From Nemertoderma westbladi (lineage: Eukaryota; Animalia; Xenacoelomorpha), in assembly GCA_032718475.1 (NCBI GenBank), contig JAUCBJ010005512.1:90270-154269 (forward strand): DNA of 64,000 bases, written 5' to 3'. Numbering within the stretch: the first letter of the stretch is position 1; each line of letters begins with the position of its first letter. The notes below the pieces were generated by a model. The model had not been told where the DNA came from, did no database searches, and saw only the letters and a list, made by a program, of their open reading frames with translations. Of the stretch, positions 34,739-45,650 are shown in pieces. The translations under genes were made by a program, and so were the position numbers.

Positions 34739-37700
34739 TTACTGGAATGACCTTTGCGCCATTGCCGTCTTTATAGATCTAATCAATCTCTCCCAGACTC
34801 CGCCTCTCCATGGACTATCTGGAGGATTAAACTTCCAAACAATCTTGTGAGGTTGTAGTTCGTTCGAGATTTGACCATGATCTAATTTCTTAAAGGCTCT
34901 AGCAATCTCATTCCGAGCACCAACAAAGTTTGTCCCTTGGTCTGAGTACAAGCATTTCACTAGTCCGCGTCTAGCGATAAATCGCCGCAGTGCTAGTATA
35001 AACGCGTTGGTGGAAAGATCCATCACACGTTCAATGTGAACTGCCCTACTGGACATACATGTGAAAATCAGTCCCCAGCGTTTTACTAGTATACGTCCAC
35101 GTTTCGTATGTATGGGACCAAAGCAATCAATTCCAGTCTCTGTAAAAGGTGGTCTGAATGCTTGAAGTCGTGCTTGTGGAAGTTCACTCATTTCCTGGGT
35201 ACCTATTCTAGAATGTACCTTTTTACAAATAATACACGTACGTGTCACTGAACTTAACGCTTTACTAGGTCTAATCAATACAAATCTTGTACGTAAGTAG
35301 GAAAGACAGTGGTGTCTTCCAGCGTGTTTCAGATGTAAATGTGCATCCAGTATCATTGCACGTTGTAGTTCGTGGTGTTGCGGTATTATTATTGGGTACC
35401 TAAAGTTTGTGTTAAAGTCAATGTTTTGAAGCCGAGATTTATGACAAAGTAAGCCATTATAAATTATCGGACTCCAACTCAGTATTGGTGACGACTTAAT
35501 AGGTTGACCTTGATTTATGGATGTGAATTCGCGCGCGAAATATCGCAGTTGGTAATGGCGAATTAATTTAATCTCACACCTTTCAATCTCAGCCAATGTA
35601 AGTCTACGTGTAAAGTCGCGTTTGCCTTTAACGTATTGTACAAAACGTACAATCCACGCTAATTTTCGGCAAGCGTTCGTCCAAGAATCTGTTAAGTTTA
35701 CAATACGGTCGACGTAAGTATTTGTGACGTCATCAGGTAAGTCAATGGAGAATTTGGAAGGTTTTGAATTACTAGAAGGGCCCACGGGTCCACCGGTAAG
35801 TATTCCCTTGTTGACTGTTGATCCGTCCGGGTCTACAAGTAATTTGTCCTTCTTCGTCTTCTTACTTTGATCGTCAGTACTTTGTAAGTCGATCGTTAAT
35901 GGTGGTTTGAACTCTATGGGGTCAGCAGGTTTCGGTAAACTTATTTTTCTGCCGACATTAATCCCAGGTCTCACCATAGGTTGCAAGTTCGGTATGTCTC
36001 TTGAGCGCAAAGTAACACCTGTATTTACATTAGCGTAGGTACTACCCACATCTGTAATACATGAGGTTTCACCATGCTTATGGTTGCTCAAGTGTGTCAA
36101 AATTGGTAGTTTGTAAATACAAGGCCGCTCCAATAGGGAAACTGCGGCTTTATGGTTTGTCAATATGTTACTAGTGTCTGGTAGAACATTTTGTGACATG
36201 TCTGGTAAAATGTTTCGCGGAACATCCGGCGAAATATCTAGTGACGTGTCTGGCAAAACGTCTGGTTGACCGTCTAGTAACGTGTCTGGCGATACGTCTG
36301 GTAACGTATCTAGTAACGTGTCAATAGAAGGCCGCTCCAATAGAGAAACTGCGGCTTTACTATTTGTCAATATGTCACTAGTGTCTGGTAGAACATTTTG
36401 TGACATGTCTGGCAAAACGTCTGGTTGACCGTCTAGTAACGTGTCTGGTTGACCGTCTGGCGATATGTCTGGTGTAGAAAGGCTCGCAAGTCTTCCTCTC
36501 TTGACCTTTGAAGTTATATCTTTCCATTTCGCCTTCGGTTTTTTCTTGAGTTTTGCCGCCGTCGTCTTTTTCTTTGCCTTCCCCTTTTTTGGTTTCTTGA
36601 TTTCGGCGTCCTTAGGGATGGTGTTAGACTTGTTGTCGTATAACGGTGGCCAATCTTGCGTCGATTTCTGCAAGAATTGGGGTCCGTGTTGCCAAAATTC
36701 TTTGTTCTCCGGTTTACAGAATTCCTCAGGCATCATTCCTCGCGACGCAATATCAGCTGGGTTTTGTGGTCCGGGACAATGTCGCCAATCCTCTTTTATT
36801 GAACGATCTAGAATTTCTGCGCGACGGTTAGCTACGAATGTCTTGAATTCAAGTGTGTCGTTGTTTATGTAAAATAAAACCAACGTCGCGTCAGTCCAAT
36901 AAAATATCTGTAAACTTGACTGTAATTCTGTCTGTATGAGGTTCACGATGGTGGTTGACAGGGTTGCGGCTTGTAGCTCAGCTCGTGGTGTCGTCATATA
37001 CTTAGTAGGCATTGTTTTTGCCTTAGAAGTAATGAGCGAAACATCGAATGCTTCTGAGTCTACTTGTCTGCGCAAGTACGCTGCCACACCAAAGCCGTTG
37101 TCACTGGCGTCAGAAAAACAGTGTAATTCCAAGTTGTCAGGGAATGTTGTTTGTAATGGAAAGTAGACTCTGGGTATGGAATAATTCTCTAGCGAAGATA
37201 ATTCCGCCTCCCAGGTCTTCCATAAGTCCACTTGGTCTGATGAGATCGGCTCGTCCCATGTCAGTCCATCCTTCCAAATACTGCGCATATAAATGCGGGC
37301 TTGCAGTATTACTGGACTGATGAATCCTAATGGATCGAACAATCGGCTCAATTTTGACAAGCATGATCTCTTTGTCAGTGTGTTTTCTTGACTGTCCAGT
37401 CTCACTTTCACTCGAAAGTTGTCTGTGTTTGGGTCCCAAAAGAGCCCCAACACCTTGGTCGTCGGTAGTGGTTCGAACTCTAGGTCTATGTCACCACCTC
37501 CACGCTCAGTCATTCCGAATGAGTCTACTAATTCGGCACTGTTTGAGGCGAATTTGGTGAGGTTAAAACCTCCGCCCGCTAAGCAGTCCCGTAATTGATG
37601 TGCTACTGTTGTAGCACGTTCTACTGTGTCGCAACTCTGTAAACCGTCATCGACGTAAAAGTCACGCTCCACAATCCTAATTATCTCTGGGTCATACAGG

Positions 37701-40700
37701 TGTTTCTGATCCCTAGCGGCTTGTTTTAGGGCGTACATCGTGCAGTTTGGGCTGTCCCTGGCACCGAAAACGCGAACTTGCATTTGGTAAGTCGCCGGTG
37801 GTAGACTTAAGTCTCCTTCCGGATACCAGAGGAACCTCAAACTGTCTCTGTCTCGCTCTAACGCTCTCACTTGGTGAAACATCGCTTCAACGTCGCAAGT
37901 AAAAGCTACTTGACGCTGACGGAAGCGCATAATCACCCCCATAAGATAATTATTCATGTTTGGTCCATCCATCAACTCGCTATTGAGGGACATTCCCTCA
38001 AACAGAGCCGCACAGTCATTGACTACACGTACTTTGTCTGGTTTGTCGGGGTGTCTTACGTAGTGATGTGGCAAGTAATACGTCTGGTCAGTCACTCGCT
38101 CCGGGTTAGTCATTCGGATAGCGTATCCCTTGGTCAAATACGTCTCCATCTGAGTGTTGTACTGCAGATGGGCTTTCTCGTCCTTTAATAGACGCTGTCG
38201 GATTGAGTGTAGACGTCTTAAAGCCATTGGGTAGTTATTTATGAGTTTAGGACTTTGGCTACGCCATAACATCCCTACCTCATAATGTCCGTCCTCCGTC
38301 TGGCAGATAGTATCTTCCATGATCTTCAGAGATTGTTTCTCCTGTTCCGACATACATGGTTCGTAGCTACCAGGTTCAGCTGTATCTTGTTCTAACCACC
38401 TGATAGTCTTCTCCGTTAATTCTTTGTCCAGTGCAGCTTGTTCCATTTGATGATTTCTCAACGCGTCATCATCGATATCGACGGGCATTGTTGAGGTTAT
38501 TGGGGTAGGTAGACTCGCAAGCCTTCCGGCGTTATCATCTGTCGTCGATGGAATCTCTAGCTGACTTGTCTTCTCCCCAAGTTCTAAACTCCGCTGGTGG
38601 ATTAGCTGCTCCTTGTGACTTATCATACTAGTCACACGTCTGTCACGTTTTGTCGACTGTAGTATAGTATGGTTCACGTCGTGTGAGAAAGAATGAATTG
38701 AATTTGTAGTTAATAAACTACATGTACTTTGTACATCGTCTTCCTCGTCACTTACGTCTAGTGTGCGCACAGGCGCTCGAGTATACCAGCCTATCGGCGT
38801 TCTGCAGGCGTATGCGTTTCCCGCTACGACTGCCGATGGTCTGGTTTCCCACACTTGGTGTAGGTTGAATTGGTCTGTCCCGATCAGCATGGCTACCGAT
38901 CTATAATTGACAGGACATTCGGTTACACCAAGGTGTCTGAAATACTTACGGTCCTCCAAGGATTGTTCTGGGACCGGACCTAGTAGGTTACTAAAGTCTT
39001 TTGTGGCCGCAAAGGTCAAATCCTTGAAGGGTAACAAAGACCTCTCCCTCTCGCTGTGTTGCGATTTCGGAAGAAGAGAGTCTAAGTTTAACTTGACTCG
39101 TGTCACTGGTATTGCACGCTGTCCGTGCATACTACTTACGGTATAACTGACGCGCTTACCTTGTCTGAGATCCGTTACGACGTCAGCTATCTTTTCATCC
39201 ACGTAACTGTGAGATGAGGCTGAATCTAGAATAGCGTAGATTCTCTTACTCCCCTTTGTGCCAGTAACCTTAATCGGAATTACACTGAATCCCTTCAGTT
39301 GGTCAGTAGTCAGAAGCGCGATCGATGGCTGTTCATCTCCATCCGAATATACGTCGTCGTCTTCTGACTCTTCGTCCGACGATCCGGATTGTTCTGAGAA
39401 GCAATCCTCAATATGGGTCACGAAGGTTGGAGTCGTTTTCGATTCTCGTTTTCTGTAGGCCGCATCACATCTCGCTGCTGCTTCCGGGTGTTCCCTGGCG
39501 AAGCGTTTTGTCGGCGTGTGGCTGTCTGTGTGGAGCAGACCGTCGTGGTTGTGTCCACAGGATGGACAAGTGTCGGTATTTGGGCAATCTTTACGGACGT
39601 GTCCGTGTCGCGTACACCGCCAACAAGAGTCCAATGGCCGTATCTGCAGCCGTCGTTCTTCCGAGTTTAACTCGCGAAACTGTCGACAACCTCGCAACTT
39701 GTGACCGATATACCGCTTGCCTAAATGCTCGCAGTATTGGCAGCCGCTGAAGTCGGTACTGAGTTGTTGTCTCGTCTGTTTTGTCCCAATGGGCGCAGAT
39801 ACCCTACTACCGTCCGAGAATTGCCGTGATTCCATCGGTGTGGCGTAAGTGGCCGTCTTAGTGGATGTTGTCTGGGGTTTTTGTCGGTTGGAGGATGGCA
39901 AGGTGATCCCTTCTGCTACGATGTGCTGGTCAGTGTAGTTGGATCGAGTCTCTACAACTGCTTCCCTGGATATCAAAAGGTACACATCCTCTAGTTTTAA
40001 GAATCCACCCCGCTCTTCTCGCTGGTATTCGATCTTTCTCCACTCCCGACGAAGCCGATGGTGGAGTCGTCCTATGATCTTTAATAGGACTGTAGGGGTA
40101 TTCCCGTAGTCAAGTTGTCCAATGGATCTTAAAGTAGTGATAGCGTTCTTTATCTCGTCGGCCAGTTTTAATAAGTCGACGGGTTTAGTGATAGCCCCTC
40201 CCTTACAGAGTTCCTCTATTACTGACCTGGCCATACTGACTTTACCTCCATATATCGAAGTTAAACGATCGTACGCTAGTTTGAAGGCGTCCGGTACACC
40301 GACGAAAGTCTCCGCCAAACGTTTAGGTTCTCCTGACAACGTTTGAAGCAGGTAATTAAACTTCTCCCGTGATGTAAAGGCGCACACGGCGATCTGGGAT
40401 TCGATATAGTCTACGAAAGTGTGCCAGTGTTTTGAGCTACCGGAAAACTTCGGTGGTTGTTGTACCGGCAATCCCTGTCTGGCTGCGAATTTCGCTATCT
40501 CCTCGGCAACGTTCAGAGTTTCGCGTCCTTGGTTGGTACACTGGTTGATATTCTCCCTTCTTGGCGCTTTCCCCTGATACGATGTGTTTTTTGAAGGTAC
40601 CGGTCTTTGTGGTTCCTTCGGGTGTCTATTGTGTTCGAACTCAGTGTTCCTCGAACTGTCGGTTTGAACTTCCTCCAGACGCTCCTCGATCTGAGCCAAC

Positions 40701-43042
40701 TTGTTAACAACTGGTCGCAGGATGTCGGCGAACTGTTGTGTACTGATTGCGTCCGTTGGTTGTAACGCCTTCTGTGTTGGTGTATTCTGTGGAGGATTGT
40801 CTACAAAGGAGTTGTCTGAACGCTCGCGTTTATATTCATCGGCCGCCCCTGTTCTAAATACCTCGCGTTTCGGGTAATCCGATTCGCTCGAAGTACTACT
40901 ATCATCTGGATATGGTGGTCGACGTGCTCGCGTCCGTTGCGTCGTACAAATTCTCACGTTTCGTTTCGGAACATCGTCCACTGATCTCCGTTGTTCGGTA
41001 GGCTCACAAGTCTTCCTCGAAGTCGTAGATTGCGATGTAAACTGATTTAACGGTTGCGTATCCACTGTTCTCCGTTGTTCGGTAGGCTCACAAGTCTTCC
41101 TCGAAGTCGTAGATTGCGATGTAAACTGATTGAACGGTCGCGTATCCACTGTTCTCCGTTGTTCGGTAGGCTCACAAGTCTTCCTCGAAGTCGTAGATTG
41201 CGATGTACACTGGTTGAACGGTCGCGTATCCACTGTTCTCCGTTGTTCGGTAGGCTCACAAGTCTTCCTCGAAGTCGTAGATTGCGATGTAAACTGAACC
41301 GGTGGTCGGACGACAGCGTTTGAATCCAAAGGCCTTGTTGGCCTAAACGTCATTGGGTAAGCGTAGTGTGTAACGGGTTTAGGTGTCGACGGTGGACTCA
41401 CCTGTTTAGTCGTCAGTAGTGCAGGTCCGACTAATAAACTACTACGATCTGTAATCGGTGGGTTACTTACCTTGACCCTCGGAATAGGCGATGACGTTGC
41501 TCTTGGCGGTGTAAACTTGTCCGGAATAACAAACCTGTGTTCCGTCGCACCATGGATAGGAGAAATATTACTACTACCAGCAATCGAAACAGGTTCCTTA
41601 GTCGTAACCGGTGCAAACATATGAGTTACCTGTGGGAATCGTTGACACAAGTCCTTTACTAATTGTCGTTCCCGTCCGGGTGCTCCTACGCTTCCTTCCT
41701 TCTTCCGTTCCTGAATTTGGCGATGTCTTACCTCTATCTGGTCCAAGTCATGTCCGTCTCGAGATCTCATCGATCGATCGCGGGCTTGTAGATCCAGATC
41801 TTCCTTCGCGTTGGCTAATTCTCTCGCCTTCTTCCCGAGTTCGAAATGAGGTTTAACTTCCTTCTCGCGTTGTTCCGTCTGTTGTTGTTGCGCCTCGAAC
41901 TCCGCTTGTCGTATAGCTGATTGAGCCTTTATTTGCCGTTTTTTCATCTCGGCTCTCGCTTCTGATACTAACCTCTGTCGCTCTAACTCAGCCGCTGCTG
42001 CTGCCGTTCGTTGCGCTAACTCGGCCGCTGCCGCTTGTTGGGCGATGTCCAACTCCAACCTTTCCATCTCGGCCGCTTCCAACTCGGCTTGTTCTTGCAG
42101 ATGAGAGATTCTTGCAACATTCGCAACACGTAGTTTTTCTTCTTCTACCGCCGCTTGTGCCGTCAACAGTTGAGCTTGTTCCTCATCTTCCCGTTGTTGT
42201 CTATCATGCTGTTGTTGCTGTCTGGAAATTTCTGACGTCACTATACTTATCTCGCCAATTTCGCTGCGAATACTCACTAACGATTGGTCCAGTATTCCCG
42301 GTGCCGATTCGATTCGTACGGGTGAAGTTTCCCTCGTATATTCCGGCACGGTTTCCAAATCGCCGATGTCTTCGCCGCACATACGTAAGTGGTCCGTCAG
42401 ATGTTTCAATTGTCCATCCAGTCGGTACAGTTCCTGTTCTTCCTCGGGCTGCAATAATTCGTCCGAAACTGACTCACCTAACAACTGGTCTGCTTGTTCC
42501 TGTTGTGTCTGCCTAATCGTCGACTTAAACTGAATCAGTTTCTCTCTAGCGATCATTAGTTTCTCGAGGATTCTAAGTTGATTATCCATGTCCTGTCTCT
42601 GTCTAGCTAGATCTTGTAGACCGATTAGGTTATCTACGGACTTGTGTACTCTAGTTTGCACTCTAACCTGGAGGGTGTAGAACTCGAATCGAGACATCGG
42701 AGCGGTCAACTCGTCTAATATGCGTTGGCCTTCTCCAATACTCCTGGTTATATGCGCCATGTATCCACCGACGCTCCTAACAACGCTTTCCTGACTTCCT
42801 GCTGAACTTACCATGTCCGATTCCCTATATCTAGGTTGCGGAACAGTTAGAAAGTCCTCGGTCCTGCCGTTGCCTCGTACTACGGCATCCGGTACTCCCG
42901 TTGGATGTACTGGTGACGCACACGGTGTAGGTTCGGTAGGCTCGCGAGTCTTCCCCTGTTGTTCTTCCGCTGCTGACTTATCTCCATCACATGAGTCATA
43001 GTCGGTAGGTGTATTTTTCGTATAGTCTGGTTTGTCACTCAT
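34739..43042 (-). CDS. BEL-B gag-pol polyprotein, 2767 aa
   Basis: Gag PPKFSGSSKHW with 3 Cys/His knuckles; protease AILDSAS; RT KVRVVNDC, DVEAMFHQV, YVDD; RNase H FSDAS/YWTDA/NPADIASRG; integrase HHCC, GIDCFGP, SDQGTNF, GGVWERL. Confidence 0.97.
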   Translation of the reverse strand: MSDKPDYTKNTPTDYDSCDGDKSAAEEQQGKTREPTEPTPCASPVHPTGVPDAVVRGNGRTEDFLTVPQPRYRESDMVSSAGSQESVVRSVGGYMAHITRSIGEGQRILDELTAPMSRFEFYTLQVRVQTRVHKSVDNLIGLQDLARQRQDMDNQLRILEKLMIAREKLIQFKSTIRQTQQEQADQLLGESVSDELLQPEEEQELYRLDGQLKHLTDHLRMCGEDIGDLETVPEYTRETSPVRIESAPGILDQSLVSIRSEIGEISIVTSEISRQQQQHDRQQREDEEQAQLLTAQAAVEEEKLRVANVARISHLQEQAELEAAEMERLELDIAQQAAAAELAQRTAAAAAELERQRLVSEARAEMKKRQIKAQSAIRQAEFEAQQQQTEQREKEVKPHFELGKKARELANAKEDLDLQARDRSMRSRDGHDLDQIEVRHRQIQERKKEGSVGAPGRERQLVKDLCQRFPQVTHMFAPVTTKEPVSIAGSSNISPIHGATEHRFVIPDKFTPPRATSSPIPRVKVSNPPITDRSSLLVGPALLTTKQVSPPSTPKPVTHYAYPMTFRPTRPLDSNAVVRPPVQFTSQSTTSRKTCEPTEQRRTVDTRPFNQCTSQSTTSRKTCEPTEQRRTVDTRPFNQFTSQSTTSRKTCEPTEQRRTVDTQPLNQFTSQSTTSRKTCEPTEQRRSVDDVPKRNVRICTTQRTRARRPPYPDDSSTSSESDYPKREVFRTGAADEYKRERSDNSFVDNPPQNTPTQKALQPTDAISTQQFADILRPVVNKLAQIEERLEEVQTDSSRNTEFEHNRHPKEPQRPVPSKNTSYQGKAPRRENINQCTNQGRETLNVAEEIAKFAARQGLPVQQPPKFSGSSKHWHTFVDYIESQIAVCAFTSREKFNYLLQTLSGEPKRLAETFVGVPDAFKLAYDRLTSIYGGKVSMARSVIEELCKGGAITKPVDLLKLADEIKNAITTLRSIGQLDYGNTPTVLLKIIGRLHHRLRREWRKIEYQREERGGFLKLEDVYLLISREAVVETRSNYTDQHIVAEGITLPSSNRQKPQTTSTKTATYATPMESRQFSDGSRVSAPIGTKQTRQQLSTDFSGCQYCEHLGKRYIGHKLRGCRQFRELNSEERRLQIRPLDSCWRCTRHGHVRKDCPNTDTCPSCGHNHDGLLHTDSHTPTKRFAREHPEAAARCDAAYRKRESKTTPTFVTHIEDCFSEQSGSSDEESEDDDVYSDGDEQPSIALLTTDQLKGFSVIPIKVTGTKGSKRIYAILDSASSHSYVDEKIADVVTDLRQGKRVSYTVSSMHGQRAIPVTRVKLNLDSLLPKSQHSERERSLLPFKDLTFAATKDFSNLLGPVPEQSLEDRKYFRHLGVTECPVNYRSVAMLIGTDQFNLHQVWETRPSAVVAGNAYACRTPIGWYTRAPVRTLDVSDEEDDVQSTCSLLTTNSIHSFSHDVNHTILQSTKRDRRVTSMISHKEQLIHQRSLELGEKTSQLEIPSTTDDNAGRLASLPTPITSTMPVDIDDDALRNHQMEQAALDKELTEKTIRWLEQDTAEPGSYEPCMSEQEKQSLKIMEDTICQTEDGHYEVGMLWRSQSPKLINNYPMALRRLHSIRQRLLKDEKAHLQYNTQMETYLTKGYAIRMTNPERVTDQTYYLPHHYVRHPDKPDKVRVVNDCAALFEGMSLNSELMDGPNMNNYLMGVIMRFRQRQVAFTCDVEAMFHQVRALERDRDSLRFLWYPEGDLSLPPATYQMQVRVFGARDSPNCTMYALKQAARDQKHLYDPEIIRIVERDFYVDDGLQSCDTVERATTVAHQLRDCLAGGGFNLTKFASNSAELVDSFGMTERGGGDIDLEFEPLPTTKVLGLFWDPNTDNFRVKVRLDSQENTLTKRSCLSKLSRLFDPLGFISPVILQARIYMRSIWKDGLTWDEPISSDQVDLWKTWEAELSSLENYSIPRVYFPLQTTFPDNLELHCFSDASDNGFGVAAYLRRQVDSEAFDVSLITSKAKTMPTKYMTTPRAELQAATLSTTIVNLIQTELQSSLQIFYWTDATLVLFYINNDTLEFKTFVANRRAEILDRSIKEDWRHCPGPQNPADIASRGMMPEEFCKPENKEFWQHGPQFLQKSTQDWPPLYDNKSNTIPKDAEIKKPKKGKAKKKTTAAKLKKKPKAKWKDITSKVKRGRLASLSTPDISPDGQPDTLLDGQPDVLPDMSQNVLPDTSDILTNSKAAVSLLERPSIDTLLDTLPDVSPDTLLDGQPDVLPDTSLDISPDVPRNILPDMSQNVLPDTSNILTNHKAAVSLLERPCIYKLPILTHLSNHKHGETSCITDVGSTYANVNTGVTLRSRDIPNLQPMVRPGINVGRKISLPKPADPIEFKPPLTIDLQSTDDQSKKTKKDKLLVDPDGSTVNKGILTGGPVGPSSNSKPSKFSIDLPDDVTNTYVDRIVNLTDSWTNACRKLAWIVRFVQYVKGKRDFTRRLTLAEIERCEIKLIRHYQLRYFAREFTSINQGQPIKSSPILSWSPIIYNGLLCHKSRLQNIDFNTNFRYPIIIPQHHELQRAMILDAHLHLKHAGRHHCLSYLRTRFVLIRPSKALSSVTRTCIICKKVHSRIGTQEMSELPQARLQAFRPPFTETGIDCFGPIHTKRGRILVKRWGLIFTCMSSRAVHIERVMDLSTNAFILALRRFIARRGLVKCLYSDQGTNFVGARNEIARAFKKLDHGQISNELQPHKIVWKFNPPDSPWRGGVWERLIRSIKTAMAQRSFQ
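40975..41297 (-). repeat. 84-bp in-frame tandem repeat (~4 copies) in BEL-B gag
   Basis: Encodes FTSQSTTSRKTCEPTEQRRTVDTRPFNQ repeats. Confidence 0.95.
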
Positions 43043-43127
43043 TTCGGTAGTTGTAAGTCAAGTAAAGTGAGTGTCAAAGTATCGAGTTTACCGTATTTAT
43101 ATCTAAACGGTACTAATTACAGTCATA

Positions 43128-43250
43128 TAAAATTAGCCTACCGGCCGATTTTATAGCAGATGGATAAAATTAGCCTAAACGGCCAATTTTACAGCAAATA
43201 AATGTCACGGAATAAGTATATAATAAAATTAGCCTAGCGGCCAATTTTAT
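43128..43250. repeat. Three short imperfect repeats in the BEL-B 5' leader
   Basis: aaaattagccta..cggcc.atttta x3. Confidence 0.7.
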
Positions 43251-43843
43251 AACAAATAAATCGGATAACGATATGCGTTATCAAAAGGTAAATTAAATAC
43301 AATAATACGGACTAATTCAGCAATGAACAAAGAAATCATACGGAATGCATAAATACTTGAGACAGTGGAACCCACAATAATTTTAACTAATACGGTAATG
43401 CCTAACTTATTTATGCAACTTTTCGAACTCACCCACTCCAATAATTCTCCAGAAAAACAGATTCCCAGATACAAACCGAACGTGAACCTTTCCGTTTTTA
43501 ACGTTGCGGACGAAGCGCGATTTTCCCAACCAAAGTTGTTGAGTTATCTATCTCCCAAACTTGCTAAACACGGTCTTGCTCCCGTTACAGTCTAGAAATG
43601 AGTTCTGAATCCTGAAAAACAAAAGAGTTAGGTTTTACTTTTTACGAAAATTTTGTACCGGTACAATATGGTATTTAAACCCTTTTTAAACACCGGTATT
43701 CAATTCCAAAAATATTTTACACGCGGTTCAAATCAAATTTTATTTCAAAAAATATTAGCACTTAGCTAATCAAATATAAACTTTTACCTCAAAATACAAA
43801 ATTTTCAAATAACTTTAGTCCTACCGAACCGTAGTTCAGTAAA

Positions 43844-43854
43844 CACATTCCTAC
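43844..43854 (-). promoter_or_regulatory. BEL-B PBS position: non-tRNA, complementary to an 11-mer in its own LTR
   Basis: Element-sense gtaggaatgtg is exactly complementary to element-sense cacattcctac at 44885-44895 (and 29763-29773). Confidence 0.75.
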
Positions 43855-45359
43855 TATTCGAAGAGACGGTAACAATACCTGCAATATCTTACTGTAAAGT
43901 TTGTAAATCAATCATAAATCCGACCTTCTCACCAAAACAGTAAACTCTAAGTAAGCGAATATATTGCAGTATCGATCTCTTATAACCGGTGAGGCAGAAA
44001 ACAGTCTACGAGCAGACAAACTTCGATAAAACAAAATCCCGCGCAGCGAATCCTAAAATCAGGCTGACTCACTGACGGACTAAGGGGCTCGTACACTTTG
44101 CCGCGGTGTGATTTATATGGTTTGGGCGAAGAGACGCTAGCTAGGTACACAGGCAGAGATTTGGAGATGTCTAACTAGCGGGCAAAGCACAGTACGGACA
44201 AAAGTTAAATTTTATATATTTTGAGGTGTAAATAATTCCTAACGCGCGTGTGTTAATTCTGAACGGTCAAAAACAGTTTTGCTCCTTCACATATATAATT
44301 ACTGGGTACGGTGTACATTTTACGAATATTCGAATTTTGCAACTTGTAGGTCCAATACTCACGAATGATAAAGTTCCTTCCCCTCTTGCGTATTTCCAGG
44401 ACTCAAATTCAGGCATAAAGTTAATGCTACGCCCAGAATTCGGCAATTTTAGGTACCAGGTCCCTGATACTAAGAAGAGATGTGTTAGTTTACTACTGTA
44501 GGCGTACAGTTACTAATAGCTATCCTGGCTCCTATCTAGAATTTTAGTCACCCAGGTAGTCCGGGTAACTTCCTATTAGGGCGTTGGCGGGGACACGGTA
44601 GATGTTAGTATATCCCTAATAGCCTCAATTTATTTGCGCCTAGCTGTAAACTGCCCTACCGCCTGAACGGTACAATCCCAATTCAGGTGAAAACACAGCA
44701 ACCCCCCTAGCCTACAAGTTCTAATGCAATGGACACTGTCGTACTACAAATAGTCGCACACACATCTGTACTTAGCAAGAGTTAGGCGTACAGTTTGCTG
44801 CACCCTACCAATTTGTATGCTTCGTACCGGTGTGCCTACATCCTATCTGCGTACTAGTATCTGCCTGCTCTTTCCCTCTCCCCCGTAGGAATGTGAAGGT
44901 CTACTGTGGTTTTTCCTGAATCGAGACAGTACAGTCCCTAAGATGTAATTTTAGGCTCACAGCGTGTCACTACTTCTACCTTTTGATCTTTGGTCTTACG
45001 CTTAGGTAGCGAGGTGTCGAACGCTGTCTAACCTTCAGGCGATGGGCGAATAACTCAAGATGGTATTGTGGGTTGTCTCTTGTCTACATTCCCGTGATGT
45101 TCCCGTTCATTGCTGCGGCCCGATCTCTAGCCGGCCATCCTGTCCTTAACTTTGTTCACCGTAGTGAATCATGGTAAAACAGATAGAAAAGGCAGATTAG
45201 CAATAATTCTGACTTTATTACAGAAGATTATAATAATATGTCCAATGTAATCTGAAATAAACTAAGCACGACAGAATTAAAGTGATGTGTGTGAGAGATT
45301 GAATGAGAAGTATAAGATAGATTGAGAGATTGAATGATAACTAATGAACAAATCGCACC

Positions 45360-45506
45360 TTTTTATACTAAATTTGTGCCGCAATCAATCGAGAAAATTC
45401 TCGATTGTTCTATAGGTTCTAACGGGGTTTTAAAGATAGCTATTGGTCCAGCTAATATATAACTTGCACGACATTGGTTACAATCAAATAACTACAGTCT
45501 CATTGG
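45360..45506 (-). promoter_or_regulatory. Candidate Pol II promoter in BEL-B U3
   Basis: Three CCAAT boxes (45442-6, 45473-7, 45502-6) upstream of TATAAAAA (45360-7); AATAAA at 45214-9. Confidence 0.5.
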
Positions 45507-45582
45507 TACAGACAAATGCAATTAATTTGTAGCGGTCAATTTAAATGAGTTGAAATTCTGCACAAAAAATAATTCGCACTTA

Positions 45583-45650
45583 CTAGGATTCGAACTCAAT
45601 ACCTACTACACATATAATTTCCAACGCTCTACCGACTGAGCTACTGAACC
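45583..45650 (-). ncRNA. Degenerate tRNA-like/SINE-head Pol III cassette in the BEL-B 5' LTR
   Basis: Same sequence as 30461-30528. Confidence 0.6.

Noticed and set aside
36465-42516. Many short plus-strand ORFs opposite BEL-B pol, and minus-strand ORFs opposite A/C pol
   Set aside because: Antisense shadows of long coding frames with no motifs.
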